A DNA stretch of 64,000 bases from Lingula anatina (Eukaryota; Animalia; Brachiopoda): the NCBI GenBank assembly GCA_051362555.1, contig CM120647.1:19754651-19818650 (forward strand), in the 5' to 3' direction. How positions within the stretch are numbered: position 1 is the stretch's first letter; the number at the start of each line of letters is the position of its first letter. Both the position numbers and the translations under genes were made by a program. A model generated the notes under the pieces. It saw nothing but the letters and a program-made list of their open reading frames with translations. It was not told the origin of the DNA and made no database searches. Shown in pieces: positions 38,163 through 51,600 of this stretch.

Positions 38163-39892
38163 AGACGCCAAGTCTCAGGAGTAATTGTAACATAAAGTCG
38201 CTGGACGTATACTCCATGTACTCACATTTGGGACATATTACACTGCTCGAATTGTAAGGATTTACATAAATAATGGATGAATACCAGTGTTTATACTAAT
38301 GCAATATTTGATTAAAAAAAACAATTATCATTTATGCAAATTAATGGAAATGAACACTGTGTATGCAGTTATTAACTTTGGCTGAAATTTCCCCGTGGCT
38401 TTCTTCAACCCCAAGCAGAAATAATTGACCGACAACGAAGGATTTGATAAATGTTCAAACATACACTGTATTTTTTAGATTTTATAACTTATAAAAACAA
38501 AAGTGATAAATTTGGTGTTGTATCTAGATCATGGAGATTCAATGACATGAGGTCCATTAACTAAAATTGATTGCCCTCACGTGACTGCCTCTCGGCCAAT
38601 CGGGAAGCTTCAAAATTCATGATCATGCAACACTACTTGAAGCTTGATTGGATCTTAGGGACATGAAATTATCATTTACAGTTGATGAGGGGTCCACTTC
38701 ATTGCATTAATGCGTGAATGAGAAGACGTGAAAGAATATAAAACCTCCGTATATATTACTTGTAAATTATACTTATGGGAGAGACCTATAACTGTATGAT
38801 AAAAAAAAATTCCAAAAAATGTCGATGATGATATTAAAATGATTATAATTATTATTAATATTGTAATCCCTACCTTGCGGTAATGTCACAAGACTCGTGG
38901 TATCGACATTACATCGGTCTGAGTTACACACACACAGGCGTCCCTCCATGGCGGTCACATTGGACACGCTGTTCGGGAGGATGTTCCGAATGTCCTCCAG
39001 ATTAGCCAAGGTCAGATTCATACACCCTTCCTCGACATTGATCGTTGCTAAGCAACCGCGTACCCAGTCACGTGAGTTGACAGCGGAGTTAGTGTCCTAG
39101 AGTGATACTTTTTTTAATATTTATTTATCTATTATTATTTTTAACAACAAGTGAGATCCACAAGGGGGTTCATAGGTAGGTATATAAGGTGCAAAACTAA
39201 GAGTAAATACAAATGACCCTTATATATTACTGTTTTAAATATTACTGTTTTGGATATATAGCACAACTAAGCTAAGGAAAAATGAGTGAACAAAACCAAA
39301 ATAGCCTGACCCCACCTCCTCAGTTCTTCTCAAGAAACCCACTACCACACCAGAGACTTACTGTCTTTGTTAAGGACCGGGAAACCCTCAGAAAATAGCA
39401 GGACCCACTGCACTCTCCAAAGCTTGTCGCCGCAGAAGGGTTATCCTCACACCGCCGGTCGTAATTCCGGTATAGGTTTTGTGAAATGGAGTCCAAATTG
39501 TAACCAAATGACTGGCAGATAAGGCACTGAATGGCTGTTCCTAGTTTTGAAAAATTAATAAAGTTAAACTCCTAACAAGTTCCTTGCTTTCACGGTTCGC
39601 AATCAAGTTTAAATTTGAAAAAGGGGATTAAGTAAATCCAAAACTTCTCCAAGCACTCTTGAAATGTAAACTTGGTTGTGTAAAACATACATGGAACAGT
39701 CGCGCCTCTCCTCCCCTCCCCTATCTTTCTATCATATGTGTACTGTTTATAGGCAAAACTATTAGGCCTATATATATATATATACTGGTATGTACCCCCT
39801 GTACCTGTAGCATGAATGTACATAAATACACGTAATTTACCTGGCTGTACAAAACACAGGAGGACAACCAAGCTTTGACCAATAGAAGCCAT
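35262..39892 (-). CDS. Chimeric gene C2/A2: C-type signal peptide and three-finger domain 1 joined to A-type TM, Cys-rich linker and TIR (about 444 aa)
   Basis: Exons 39892-39841, 39540-39362 and 39096-38874 are C-type. Exons 37735-37574, 37284-37192, 36211-36032 and 35707-35262 are A-type. Together they give 1335 nt in frame with a phase-1 to phase-1 join. Expression is unverified. Confidence 0.7.
38162..38252 (-). pseudogene. Decayed, truncated C-type exon 4 at the deletion junction
   Basis: Homologous to the 5' part of exon 26011-25812. The acceptor AG is mutated (ttacaa) and the start of the exon is disrupted. Homology ends at the (TC)n(TG)n microsatellite at 38094-38158. Confidence 0.8.
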
Positions 39893-40529
39893 GTTGAAAC
39901 GACTGTACTTTCTGCAGTTAGTCGATCAATATAGACCCTGCGTTAATATATTTGTCTCGTTTTTGAAAACAGGAAAAACGCATGCGCATTTTTGCCACTT
40001 CCAAGAAGTGCAATAACAGTGGTACCCTCAATGCAGTGTCTCATTCAAGACGGGGTTTTCAACAGAATAATTGCTGATCAATCTGTTCATTACAGTGACA
40101 AAATCGTTTTTATTGATCTCAATTAAAACGCCTGCAGCGCGACTTTGTTGATAAAACGTGTAGACTGCTGATAAGATAATAACAACCGATGTATAATTAC
40201 TTTAAAACAAGACTAGATTGTCATGCAACTATACAGTTTAGAACCGACGGTTCAAATCTTAGACAGTGAAGCGGGTAAATAATAATACTAATGATGATAA
40301 TATAAAACCGAGAAAATATAATAATTCAAAGAACTTACTAGACAGTTTTAAGCTTCTTACAAAGAGGGAAGAGCAGAGAAGAGAGATATTTATTTTGAGT
40401 AGGCCCCTACAATGAACAGTTTTACCAATAAGAGAGTAGTGTAGATCACGCAACGTTACAGGAAGAGGTTCCAACTTGCACACCGGACGGTGCTTTACTT
40501 CTTGAGAAATCTGCTGCTAACAATATAAA

Positions 40530-40810
40530 ACTAGTAAAGCACTCCTAGAGCGCAGACCTCCGCCAAGGCAGCAAAGTCTCCACCCAATGCAGTTGCACCC
40601 CTAATTTTTTTTTATTATTATTGATTGATTATTGATTGATTATAGGTCCGGATCACCACCAAAAACTAATAACTTCTAAGTTAACCCATTTCTGACCTAC
40701 CCTGAAAAATTCCATCGAAATTCATCCATAACTTTTTGAGTTCTGTTGATTATAAACAGACAGACAGAAAGACAAACAGGAGTGAAACATAACCTCCTTG
40801 GCGGAGGTAA
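40530..40810 (-). mobile_element. Non-autonomous Helitron/Helentron-like (HINE-type) element, second copy
   Basis: Same structure as 7315-7580. It is inserted in an A-run and absent from the paralogous sites near 33710 and 62975. Confidence 0.75.
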
Positions 40811-41667
40811 CAATCTCAACTAGCGCAGTACAGGTACTGTGCCTATGATAGTCACACTTAGATACTTTTTTATTCTAAGGCCTGGGAGATGGTACTGGTG
40901 CCATTCTTCCTTGCTATTTTGGCAATCACAACCTATTTATCTACACCGACCCTCTTTGTCATTGCATCCTTCTACACAGAACTTATTGTTGTTGTTACCC
41001 TAACCCCAGTGTCCCATTACTATTGTGCTTCACGTAACTTGGCATGTACTGTATATAGCCTGTATGACGTACGCAACAGTACGCTTAGCTTCATCTTAGC
41101 AATAGAAGAAATACACATGGTTATGTTTACATGTAGTTTTGTTTGTTGAGGTGGGTCTAAGGATTGGGTTGACATGGAGGTGGGGGAGTGGAGGTCATAT
41201 CTGACCTTGAGATGCCATGCTCAAAAGCTTAAAGGACCGATACAGACGGTTATATTGCATAATAATGGATTTTTCTCTGAAACTTTGCCTATTTTCTCCT
41301 GAACCCAAAGGCATACTAACTACCTCACACAAAACAGTTGAGAAAATAACGATCAAATGATAGGTTTTTAAGATTACTTAAGGAAAAAAAAAGCGCAGCA
41401 TTTTTTGTCTCCACTTCTGAAAAATTTTACGTAAAATACAGAAATAAATAAATGTTTAGAAATATATTTTTTAATTTGATACCGAGGCATGAAGATTAAT
41501 TGATAAATTACTGTAATAAATAAAATAAGATAATAGTAATGAATAATTTTATAACAAATTTGGTACCACCGTTTTATTACATGAGATTTTATAAAAAAAT
41601 AAGCAATACAGACACTACACTGGGATACTTCAGGAAGTCAACCTCTTATTTATTTATTTATTTATTC

Positions 41668-41717
<50 letters not shown>

Positions 41718-42107
41718 TGTAATTCTAAATTGACTTTCATAAATAATTTCACATAATATTAAAAAAAATATTGCTCTCCTATTGAGAAAAGAAACTGATA
41801 GTCATAAATATCAATAGGAATTACATGAACTGCATCATTCTAACAATGAAGGTTAAGATCAGTAATATGAGGTCTAATTTCAAAACTCCCCTTCGATGAT
41901 GTGTGGGGACTAATGATATATGAACCATAACGTACAATCTTTACTTTATTCAACTTTAACACGATTTAAAAAATTCTAGTGACTCTGGGCGCACGAGGTC
42001 GATTTTGTTTCACTTGTTTGTGAAACAAATATGTGAAACTCATATTGTCTCTAGCACTGTGGCTCTGCATTTTCAGCACCGACTTTTCAGTCTTGATGGG
42101 CATTGTT

Positions 42108-43789
42108 TTATAGAAATCCCACCCTCTCTTCATTCTGATGGTAGTTTTCCCTATTCACTTTAGGCAAGCACAACCTAATTTTTTCCAGGAGTTTTTTTAG
42201 ACTTTTTTCCCTTTTATTTTGTTCAAGTGCGTTCCTTTCTGCGGGCCACCTGAGTTTTACAGTAGGCTTACAAAACGTGCCGTCCATTAAGTCAAGGATC
42301 AATTTATTTGTTTCATCCTTTTTAAGTTTATCTCGGTCAATCTCCTGGAGGAAGATTGCAATGATTTTCATTTTTCCAGCGTTTACCTGGGTTTGTGCCA
42401 CTGCCAAAATGTCTTTGTGTTTCGGTGTAAAATAATTCTCGGAGACGAGCATGATGAACAGTCTACTTTGCCTTATCATTTCATCTAAGGCTTCTGAAAT
42501 TTGACCTGAAGTGAGAAAAAAGAAATTATGGTAATTAAGTGATGTTTACTCATTAACACCGATTAAAGTGGTTGGAGGTCTGCACATTTTCATCCATGTA
42601 AGTAGGACTGTATAAAAAGGTTTAACAACTGTGTTATGTACGGAGTGTTTACAGTGCGTTTACGATGGCAATGACATTATACCAATGTAGTACACCAGGA
42701 AATTAACTTCCGATCAAAAAATATTTTTTCTTAGTATAATCAAACTTTTTAATAGGGGATATTAATATAATGTATTACATCTACTTACGCCCGGGTTTAC
42801 CAGTCTGGAGCATCACTTTGTAATCAACTTCTAGGCGTTTGACAAGCTCCTGTACGCATTCTTTTGCATCTTCCTCTGGCTTTTCTTCGTCGGTCTCACA
42901 AAAAGAAATGGCCACGTCATACATATATGAATCTGTCGGAATGAATAAGTAAAACAATAGTAACAAATAATCATCATTTTCCATTTATCTAATTTTGAGA
43001 TTTTGTTTCAAAAATAAACCTAATTTTCTAAATATATATTGTAGAAAAGGGTCCTTCTCCAAGTAAAAGTGAAAAAAGTATTCGATTCTTTACTATACCA
43101 ATATTAACTTTAATAAATGCGTAATACATGTAGTATACACGAACATCACATGTCACTATTGCAATTTTTGGGCAAAGAGGCAAATTGCAATATGAAACAA
43201 TATAACAAACAGCATTGCCTTCTGCTGCTGCAGCTTCGGTGCAATGGTTCCACTTCAGAACATAGAGGTTGTTAGGAAGCTTCAGACACAACACTCGAAG
43301 ACCGGTTGCAATCAGGATAACCAGCGTCAAGGCTATAACAGGTGCTATGATGACCCATGGGAGGTACAACTTGACAATAGCTGCAGTGGTAGATGACATT
43401 AAACGAATGATAAATGATGACAAACGTATCATAATGTGCTTTATCCAATGACTGAAAAAGAAATAATAGAACTGATTCATCAATTAAAATACAATAGATT
43501 GTTATAACATATAATACCACATATTACAATTATAGTCTAACAATTATAAAAAACATCAGTGATATATTCAGTCCGATACTGAAGGTACATGTACGTAGGC
43601 CTACTTATGCATAAAACAGCTAGTAGTCGACATTTGTATATGGGAACCATGCGACATTGAATCTGTTTTGCCGAACACTTATAATATATATTATTTGCTC
43701 GAACAATTGCATTTGCATTCAGCGTTTTGGCAGTTAGTATACATAAGTAGATCACTTTGTTTATTTCTCTTATCAGTGAAAAGCAGGTG

Positions 43790-43863
<74 letters not shown>

Positions 43864-44178
43864 CGTGCGCGTGTCACCACCTACCAGTTGGCAACGGGTT
43901 AACATTCTTCACTTCAGCATTACACCGGTCTTCATCACTACAGTAGCATTCAACACCTTGAAAATCTTCAAACTTTCCCGTTCTGAAGTAACTAAAAAAC
44001 CTCTCGAATCCTATCATTCTCAAATCCGTCGAGCCTTTTCGCGCGTGGTCCCCAGTCATGTAACGACATCCGTCCCCCTCGGGACGCTTTGCGGCACAGA
44101 ACCGTAAGCTATAGGCTACCGTATGGCTCTGTAAACATACGAATGATAAATTTTACATAATAATAGAAAGAAGAACAA

Positions 44179-44233
<55 letters not shown>

Positions 44234-45398
44234 TATATTGAGTCTAAAACCAAAATTTGTTCCCGAAGATGACCAATGCAAATGCAACGTGATATATACA
44301 TAATAAAAAGGCTAGTAAAAGAAATATAGGGTATACCTACGTGATATTTGTCACGTTTTGAGATTGTGTCATTCAACATGTCCAGTTATGTTTTTTACAT
44401 ACAAAAAGGACAAAATGTCAAAACCCCTAACCCTACCCTTGTTTACGGTATTTCTTAAGAGAAAGTAATTTGAATATCTCGTGATTAACCCACCTCCTGT
44501 TTATTTATATGTCGAAAAGAAAATCCCATCTGTACACAGCCTTCACTGCACTCGGCGGTCGTGTTCACGGTCGTGTGGCTTCCATTACAGCGCACGTCTC
44601 CTAGTGGGCCCAACACACTAACGCCATCTATCTCAAGGTATTTGCAGTCGATGCACAGAATGCCGAGAACTAAAATAAAACGCTGTGTTGATATGTAATC
44701 TTCAAAGAGTTTGTGGTCTTGGTTTGTTTATAATTCTTCTTTTTTCTCTCTGCCTGTCTGTCTGTCTGCATAATAATTAAGTTCGTGCCTTATCCGTAGC
44801 AACTAAAAAAATAGCAATTAATTCACTCATTTTCAAAACCAAAAAACAATATGATAATACAAAATAAATAAATAAAAAGGAAAAAGGGACGATATAGAAC
44901 CAAATGTGTTGGTTCAGTCTATCTGTCCTCTTTATGGGACAAAAAAAATATATAGGACTTCTTTGTTTTTAAAGAATTACAAAATGTGCAGAAGACCAGG
45001 ACAATCACCAGGACAATATACATATATGTGTGTGTGTGTGTGTGTTTGTGTGCGTGTGCATTGTATGCCCCATTTCCAAACCTCACAGCATAAATTTAGC
45101 TCCTGGCCCGTATTTTTTTGGTAGCTTAAAATCTAACATTTTATTTGTGTTTCACTCCGTCGTCTACTTGTTACTAAAAGACAAAAATAATGGACTTTAT
45201 ATCGATAAATTTTTGTTCCAGATAGACTGAATTTTTTGTACACATAAAGGTATCTTTGCTAAAATTTCACATGTTAAAGACACGGATCAGATGTTTACTA
45301 AACGTGACCGTTTTGTTTGTGACCACGTTAGAGATTACCTTACCTCTGCGGTTGAATGTGACGAGAAGAAACACTGCAACCGTACACAGCTGACACAT
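42108..45398 (-). CDS. Gene A3: signal peptide + Ly6/three-finger domain + TM + TIR domain (392 aa)
   Basis: Exons 45398-45344, 44669-44494, 44128-43885, 43380-43219 (requires a GC donor, AG|gcaatg), 42932-42789 and 42505-42108 give 1179 nt in frame. The TM and first TIR exon lengths (162 and 144 nt) equal those of gene B. Confidence 0.8.
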
Positions 45399-45980
45399 GC
45401 TGGATATTTTGAAAGACCTAAAACTCATTTAGCCGCAGACCGACTTACCTGAGACTCATTTTTAAAATGGAATCAATGCGCCTATAAGACCCGCTATTGA
45501 ATAAGACATTGCTTTACTGGGTAAATAAACTTAAGGGTAAGGGTCTTTCAAACACTACCCCATGTGCGGTAATTGTGTTTTTTTAGCGAAATGAAAAGAA
45601 CCAGTGTGTCTCCTTTGTTGTTTTTAAGCTACTGTTTATGGTTGACCAGGTGTATTTATTTTAGCTACATGCTAATATATAACTTTCCAGCTGGGTTGTT
45701 TATCATGCTAATGCTTAAGACGCTGGTTATGTACAATGATTTGATTTGTCAAACAATGTTCACACTTAAAAGTAGGGAAATATACACAAAGCTCCACTCA
45801 ATGTATCATGTTACGTTTATTCATTCGAACACGCACAAATAAAAGGTTCACTTCAAACGTTAGTGCTATATGTTAATGGCAGGGGTAAAGGAAATACATT
45901 TTATTCAAAGTTTTATGCAACCTCTTTTTTAAGTTTCACATACAGCCTTTTTAATGCAAACATAAACAAAGATATGTTAA

Positions 45981-46172
45981 CATCTCTCGCCACCATTAAT
46001 CTCAACATCTAATTCAATTTGTATCAAAGAGTTGTCAATATCTCTCGTACACGCTGCCATTAATCTCAACATCTAATTTAATTTGTATCAAAGAAGTATC
46101 AATATCTCTCGTACACATTGCTATCATTCTCAACGTCTAATTCAATTTGTATCAAAGAAGTATCAGTATCTC
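45981..46172. repeat. 64-bp tandem repeat (3 copies here, 2 more at 48121-48235) derived from the gene B C-terminal coding end
   Basis: ctcaac(a/g)tctaatt recurs at 46001, 46065 and 46129. B1 has a single copy at about 18330-18355, encoding IELDVEING. Confidence 0.85.
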
Positions 46173-48120
46173 AAGGTAAAAAAAAAACAGTTGTATACAT
46201 GCTTTGTGGATTTAAGTAAGGCCTTCGGGTGTGTCTGGAGGAAAGGCCTGCTTTTCAAACTGCTTAATCTAGATGTAGGCGGAAAATTCTACAATAACGT
46301 AAGATCAATACATAATACCGCATGTGTCAAAACCACCCATGGACTGACAAATTCTTTTCGCACATTTAGAGGAGTTAAGCAAGGAGAAACACTGAGCCCC
46401 TTCCTTTTAAATATATACATAGATGACATACTTAGACTTATAGATGAATCACAAAGCCAAGCCCCATCACTTGATGAGAAACCTGTTACTGGTCTTTTTA
46501 TGCTGATGATTTAGTTTTGTTTTCGGCAAGTGCCTCAGGTCTTCAGTTTTGTTTAAAGTGCTTGGAAGAATTTTGTGACAGACGGAGGCTATCTGTTAAC
46601 TTAAAAAAGACAAAGGTTGTTATTTTTAATAGTTAAGGAAAAATGCATGGTCACACCAGTGGCAACAGAGAAAATTTTTATTTTCATAACCAGTTGGTAC
46701 CAGTAGCAGCAAGCTACCTATACCTAGGTCTCCTTTTCACAAGATCGGGCTCACTAGTCCCAGCACAACAAAATTTACACGATAGAGCACAAAAGGCCTT
46801 TTTTCAGTCTCAAACGCAATGTTCCTCTAGCTAGTACCATTCCCACCTCATTCAAAGAAAAGCTTTATGACACATTGATTTTCTCAGTTGCAGCATATGG
46901 AGCAGAAACATGGGGTTTCACTCCATTTAATGATAAATCACCAATAGAAAAATACATATCCAATTTTGCAAGCAGCTCTTAGGGGTGCATTCCAAGCCCT
47001 GTAATTATGCTGTCCGGGGAGAACTTGGGCGCCTACCAAGCTACACAAAGATCCAAATACAAGTAATTAAATACTGGGTCAAAATTTTACACTTAGACGA
47101 TGATGTTTTACTAAAACGAGCATACATAGATGAACTAAAACACTTTGATCTTCTGTCAAACACTAACCTTCAAACCCCAAGCCACAGTATTTCATGGAGT
47201 GAAGGAGTAAAGAAAGCTCTTGTAGAAAATGTGTTTGGAGATGTATGGCTTAAACAGAAAGTAGACAAAAACTTCATGAAAATTTTTAGTGTTAGAGTTA
47301 GAGACAGTAGTGTACAACATTGGCAAAGCAGGATATCACAAGAAAATCTCAAGTTGAGAACGTATACAACTTCCAAGCTCCATTTTGAGAAAGAAAATAT
47401 CTTGATATAATTCAAGATAAAGAAAAATGTAAAACCCTCAACAAATTTTAGAATCAGCAGCCACAACTTGCAAATTGAAACAGGTCGCCATGTCAAGGGT
47501 AAACCATCACCAGCAGAAGAAAGAAAATGCCAAATCTGCCACTCTGGAATTATAGAGGATGAAGAGCACTTTTTAATCACCTACACTCTGTATACAGAAT
47601 GTAGAAAAGAACTCTTTCGAACAGTACAAAGCGCCCATACATGCTTTACACATTTAAACAACAAAGATAAATTCTCCTTCATAATGAACAACCCAAATGA
47701 GCCAGTGATAATATATTTGGCCAAATTCCTTAACCTCGCTTTTGACAAAAGAAACTGTGCTATATCTTCCACTTGTGATGTATAATTAATTACCATAAAT
47801 ATGTAGGTTTGTCTCACATAGCAGAAAACAGGCTCGTGCATAATTAATATCTAAATCTTAGTCATGTGTACAATACTTGAAGTGTGATGCTAGCGTATGA
47901 TCAGTGCTGTGAGCAGTTGACTAGGCATTAAGACCGCACCTAGCTTATGATTATGAAATACTGGATATGTATGTATAATAATGGTACATTTCTATGTATG
48001 TAATTTTGGTGCTATTCATCTATGTATTTTATTATTATTATCATCATTATTATTGTTGCTATTATATCTCTGTACATTTTCACCAGCTCAGTCTGGTGCA
48101 GAAAGTATGAATAAAGCAAA
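46173..48120 (+). mobile_element. 5'-truncated, frameshifted CR1/L2-group LINE with target-site duplication
   Basis: RT motifs LYTCFVDLSKAF, GVKQGETLSPFL.NIYIDD and (Y)ADDLVL are followed by C-terminal IETGRH...RKCQIC...EDEEHFL and a 3' AATAAA. AGTATCTC is duplicated at 46165-46172 and 48121-48128. Confidence 0.9.
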
Positions 48121-48271
48121 AGTATCTCTCGTGCACGTTGCCATCATTCACAACGTCTAATTCAATTTGTATCAATGAAGTATCAGTATCTCTTGTGCAC
48201 GTTGCCATCATTCTCAACATCTAATTCAATTCGTTCTTGGTCCAGACCCTCTCCATCAGCTTTGTTTTTAA

Positions 48272-48622
48272 TAGTCCAAGAAATTGGTGCAGAAAAAAGG
48301 GTGAATTGTGCGTTTTTTACCTACAAGCATGAAATTTGCCACAGTTGTAGATAATGGAATTCTAAGCTTTTTTGGATATATGGGCATGTCTGAAAATTCC
48401 AGTATGGCCGCCAAATCCAATATGGCCGCCACAAATACTCTTTTAAATTAAAACATCTAATATATAGTCCTAAAATGGTTTAGAATATCATTTTATAGCT
48501 GGAAAATATCATGCTATGAATGAATTATCAATATCCGCTTCTACAGGTGTATAGAATTCCAAAATGGCCTCCAAAAGTAAAATAAGCAGTTTACTTACGC
48601 AAAATATGCAGCAGTTTTGTAA

Positions 48623-48653
<31 letters not shown>

Positions 48654-51600
48654 TTTATTTATAGTCTAAAATCCAACATGTGTTCAGTAGACTTTACAAA
48701 AATTATAAAATTCAAATTAAAAGAAAAATATTGCTAATGGTTATAAGATGAAAGGATATATAAAATGGATAAAAAAAAGGGGAAATTTAAAACTATGACT
48801 AAGAACAGTTTTTCTTAAGAAGTTTTTTTTTTTTCTTTTAAAGAATTTAAAGATAATATTGTTTAAAAAGGTGGGTTTTTAGTTCCTTTTTAAAATGTCC
48901 AGGGTCCACAATTTGTCTAAGACTGATGGGTAAAATATTCCATTCTTTTGGTGCTGCAAATTTAAAAGCTTTATCACCGTATGATACTAATCTTGCCTTA
49001 TAAACCTTAAGAAGAAGGTGATCACCTGATCTGAGATTTCTTGATGGCACGTAGTGTGAAACAAGCTCATTTAAATAAGAAGGTGCAAGTTTATAAAATG
49101 CTGCATGTGCAAATGTTAAAAGTTTGAATAAAATGCGTGCTCGGACAGGGAGCCAGTGCAACATCATTAAAACAGGAGTAATGTGGTTGTCTTTTGGAGT
49201 GCGGGTCAGTAGGCGAGCAGATATATTCTGTACACGCTGTAGCCGTTTGATTTGTTCCTCTGAAGATCCATAAAGAAGGGAGTTGCAGAAATCAAGTCTC
49301 GATGTAACCAGGGCATGTATAACTGTTGCTGTAGAAGAGTCGGTTAAATGTTTTCGTAAGGAACCAATGTTTCTAATATTGAACATACATGTTTTGGATA
49401 CGTTGGAAATTTGCCTGTTCATGGACAATGTACTGTCAAAATAAACTCCCAGATTTTTGGCGTGAGATGAGACTTGTACCACGCTGGCACCTATTGACAT
49501 GCTAAGACTGCGGGCAATGTTCTTATTGTGTGGTTGAGATATTACTAGGAATTCAGTTTTCTCGTCGTTGATCTTGAGTTTGTTTCTGATCATCCACCCC
49601 CTTATATCAGAAATACAGTTGGCTATTTTAGTAATTGATGATTCAGGTTTTCTAATATTGCAGGATGTGTAAAGCTGAGTGTCATCAGCATAAATGTGAT
49701 AACCAATCTCATGAAAACGAAGGATTGCACCAAGCGGTAAAGTATAAATACAAAATATGAGTGGTCCTAACACACTGCCTTGTGGAACACCAAAGACAAG
49801 TTGAGCTAATCATCAAGCACTTACAATTACAAGCATAAAAATTGGCACAGTTATGTAGAACATGATTCTAAGCAACGTTGGATATAGGGGCATGTCTGAA
49901 AATTCCAATATGGCAGCCAATTTCAATATTGCCCCCAAAATACCCTTTCAAGGTGAAAGTTATTTGTATAGTATTTTATAAAAATATCATTTAATGGTTA
50001 GAAAATACCATTGTATGTATGAAGTATCAGTATCTGCCAGTTAAGGTTTTAAAATTCCAAAATGGCCTCCAAAAGTCAGCAGACCACAACTATTGAATTG
50101 TAATCACTCGGGAATAGGCAAGTGGGCTTTGCAAAATACCTGTACAATCAGCATATTCCTACCTGTGCAGGAGCTATTCTACAGAGTTTTTAAAAAACCA
50201 TCAAGCATGATACATTTATTATGTACTGAAAAAAGTCCTTCTTTTGATAAACCAACATAAGTAGTTTGACTTTTTGCTCTGGATTCTCATTTAGATCAAT
50301 TCCCAGTTAGCAATCTTCTTATATGGCACTCATGAGTGACTCCCCCTTTCTAAGAAAAAAAGTATCGTGCAAAATCCATAAAATGTGAAAGAAACACCAG
50401 AATAACTTAGCCTTAAAGAGGCAAATATAAAAAAAACTTGGGGTGTACCAATTTTGTCTCTTGGTTATGATTCTTCAGCTAGATCAGTGCATGGCGCTTC
50501 ATCAAATGCTCATAAATATAACAAAAATGACAGCTAATCAAACATACAGGTCTCAACAATTTGGTGTTTTTCATTGGTAAAGTACTAAAAGCAGCGCACA
50601 TTTGCACTCGATAATGTTATGATGTTATCTTGTGCTTCAAAAATAAATTAGAAAAGCTTCTTATTTAAAAAATTGGCTTTAGTACATTCGCAGTAATGGC
50701 TACCGAGAATTTAGTGAAAATTTATGAGCAAAGAAATACCTGTACCCCAAACAGAGGGCAGGTGTTGATACGTGCTGTATCCAAGAGTTGCATTGCAGAC
50801 TTCACACTTCGTGCACAAAAAAAGAAGCACTGATCTATAGGCGCCAAACTTTGGTTTTCATTTGATCATTTGGCAACTTGTTTAGTTACAAACTTATACT
50901 TTCAAAAAACTGAACATGAAAATAAAAGAATTAAAATCCTCCAGACAGTTAATACATACAAAACTTCAAAAAACGATGTATTCTGAGGATTACACCAAGA
51001 AATTAGTGCAATATGGACTTTGAAAGGTAAAAATTCATGAGATTTCCGGCATCATTGTCTCTGTGGGACAATCCAGAATGAAGCCACGAGGAGTATTCAC
51101 TTACCCAGCTTACAAAATCTACCAGGTAGCTCCTACCACATCTGTTTGTAGTTATGTGTGCAGTTGCTAACTGTGGTGAGGGGAGTCAGAAGCATTGGAA
51201 GACTGGTGCTATAAGGGTTCACACTAGTAACCTACATCTACTAATATGCCCTTCCACACTTTCATGTTCCTATGGACCGTCATGCATGTAAACTGAGTCA
51301 GAAGCATTGGAAGACTGGTCCTATAAGGGTTCACACTAGTAACCTACATCTACTACTATGCCCTACCACACTTTCATATTCCTATTGACCCTCATGCATG
51401 TAAACTGATGCTTTCTGGTGTTAAAAAAGACCAATGCCTCTTGGTATTTTGTTGGGGAAAGTGGATTACATGTAGAAGCTTTAGCTTTAAGGAAATACTG
51501 GGAAAGCTGAGGGAAACACAACTACTAGTAAAGCTAGGCACACATTAATGAATGAAAATTATTTAACCAAATAAGTAGAAATTTCGGTGTAGCTAGCTGT

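Noticed and set aside
40051-40061. kB-like GGGGTTTTC motif upstream of C2 and C3 (absent in C1), and similar motifs near 3029 and 6572
   Set aside because: Short imperfect matches are expected by chance, and there is no independent support.
40889-41149. Hydrophobic plus-strand ORF repeated at 33792 and 63052
   Set aside because: The paralogous copies are frameshifted relative to each other. The similarity is explained by the segmental duplication and partly overlaps lectin intron-derived sequence.
50100-51450. Possible transposase remnants inside the Academ-like element, including a roughly 113-bp doublet at 51183-51410
   Set aside because: No open frame or recognisable catalytic motif could be read by eye. 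A translated profile search would be needed.
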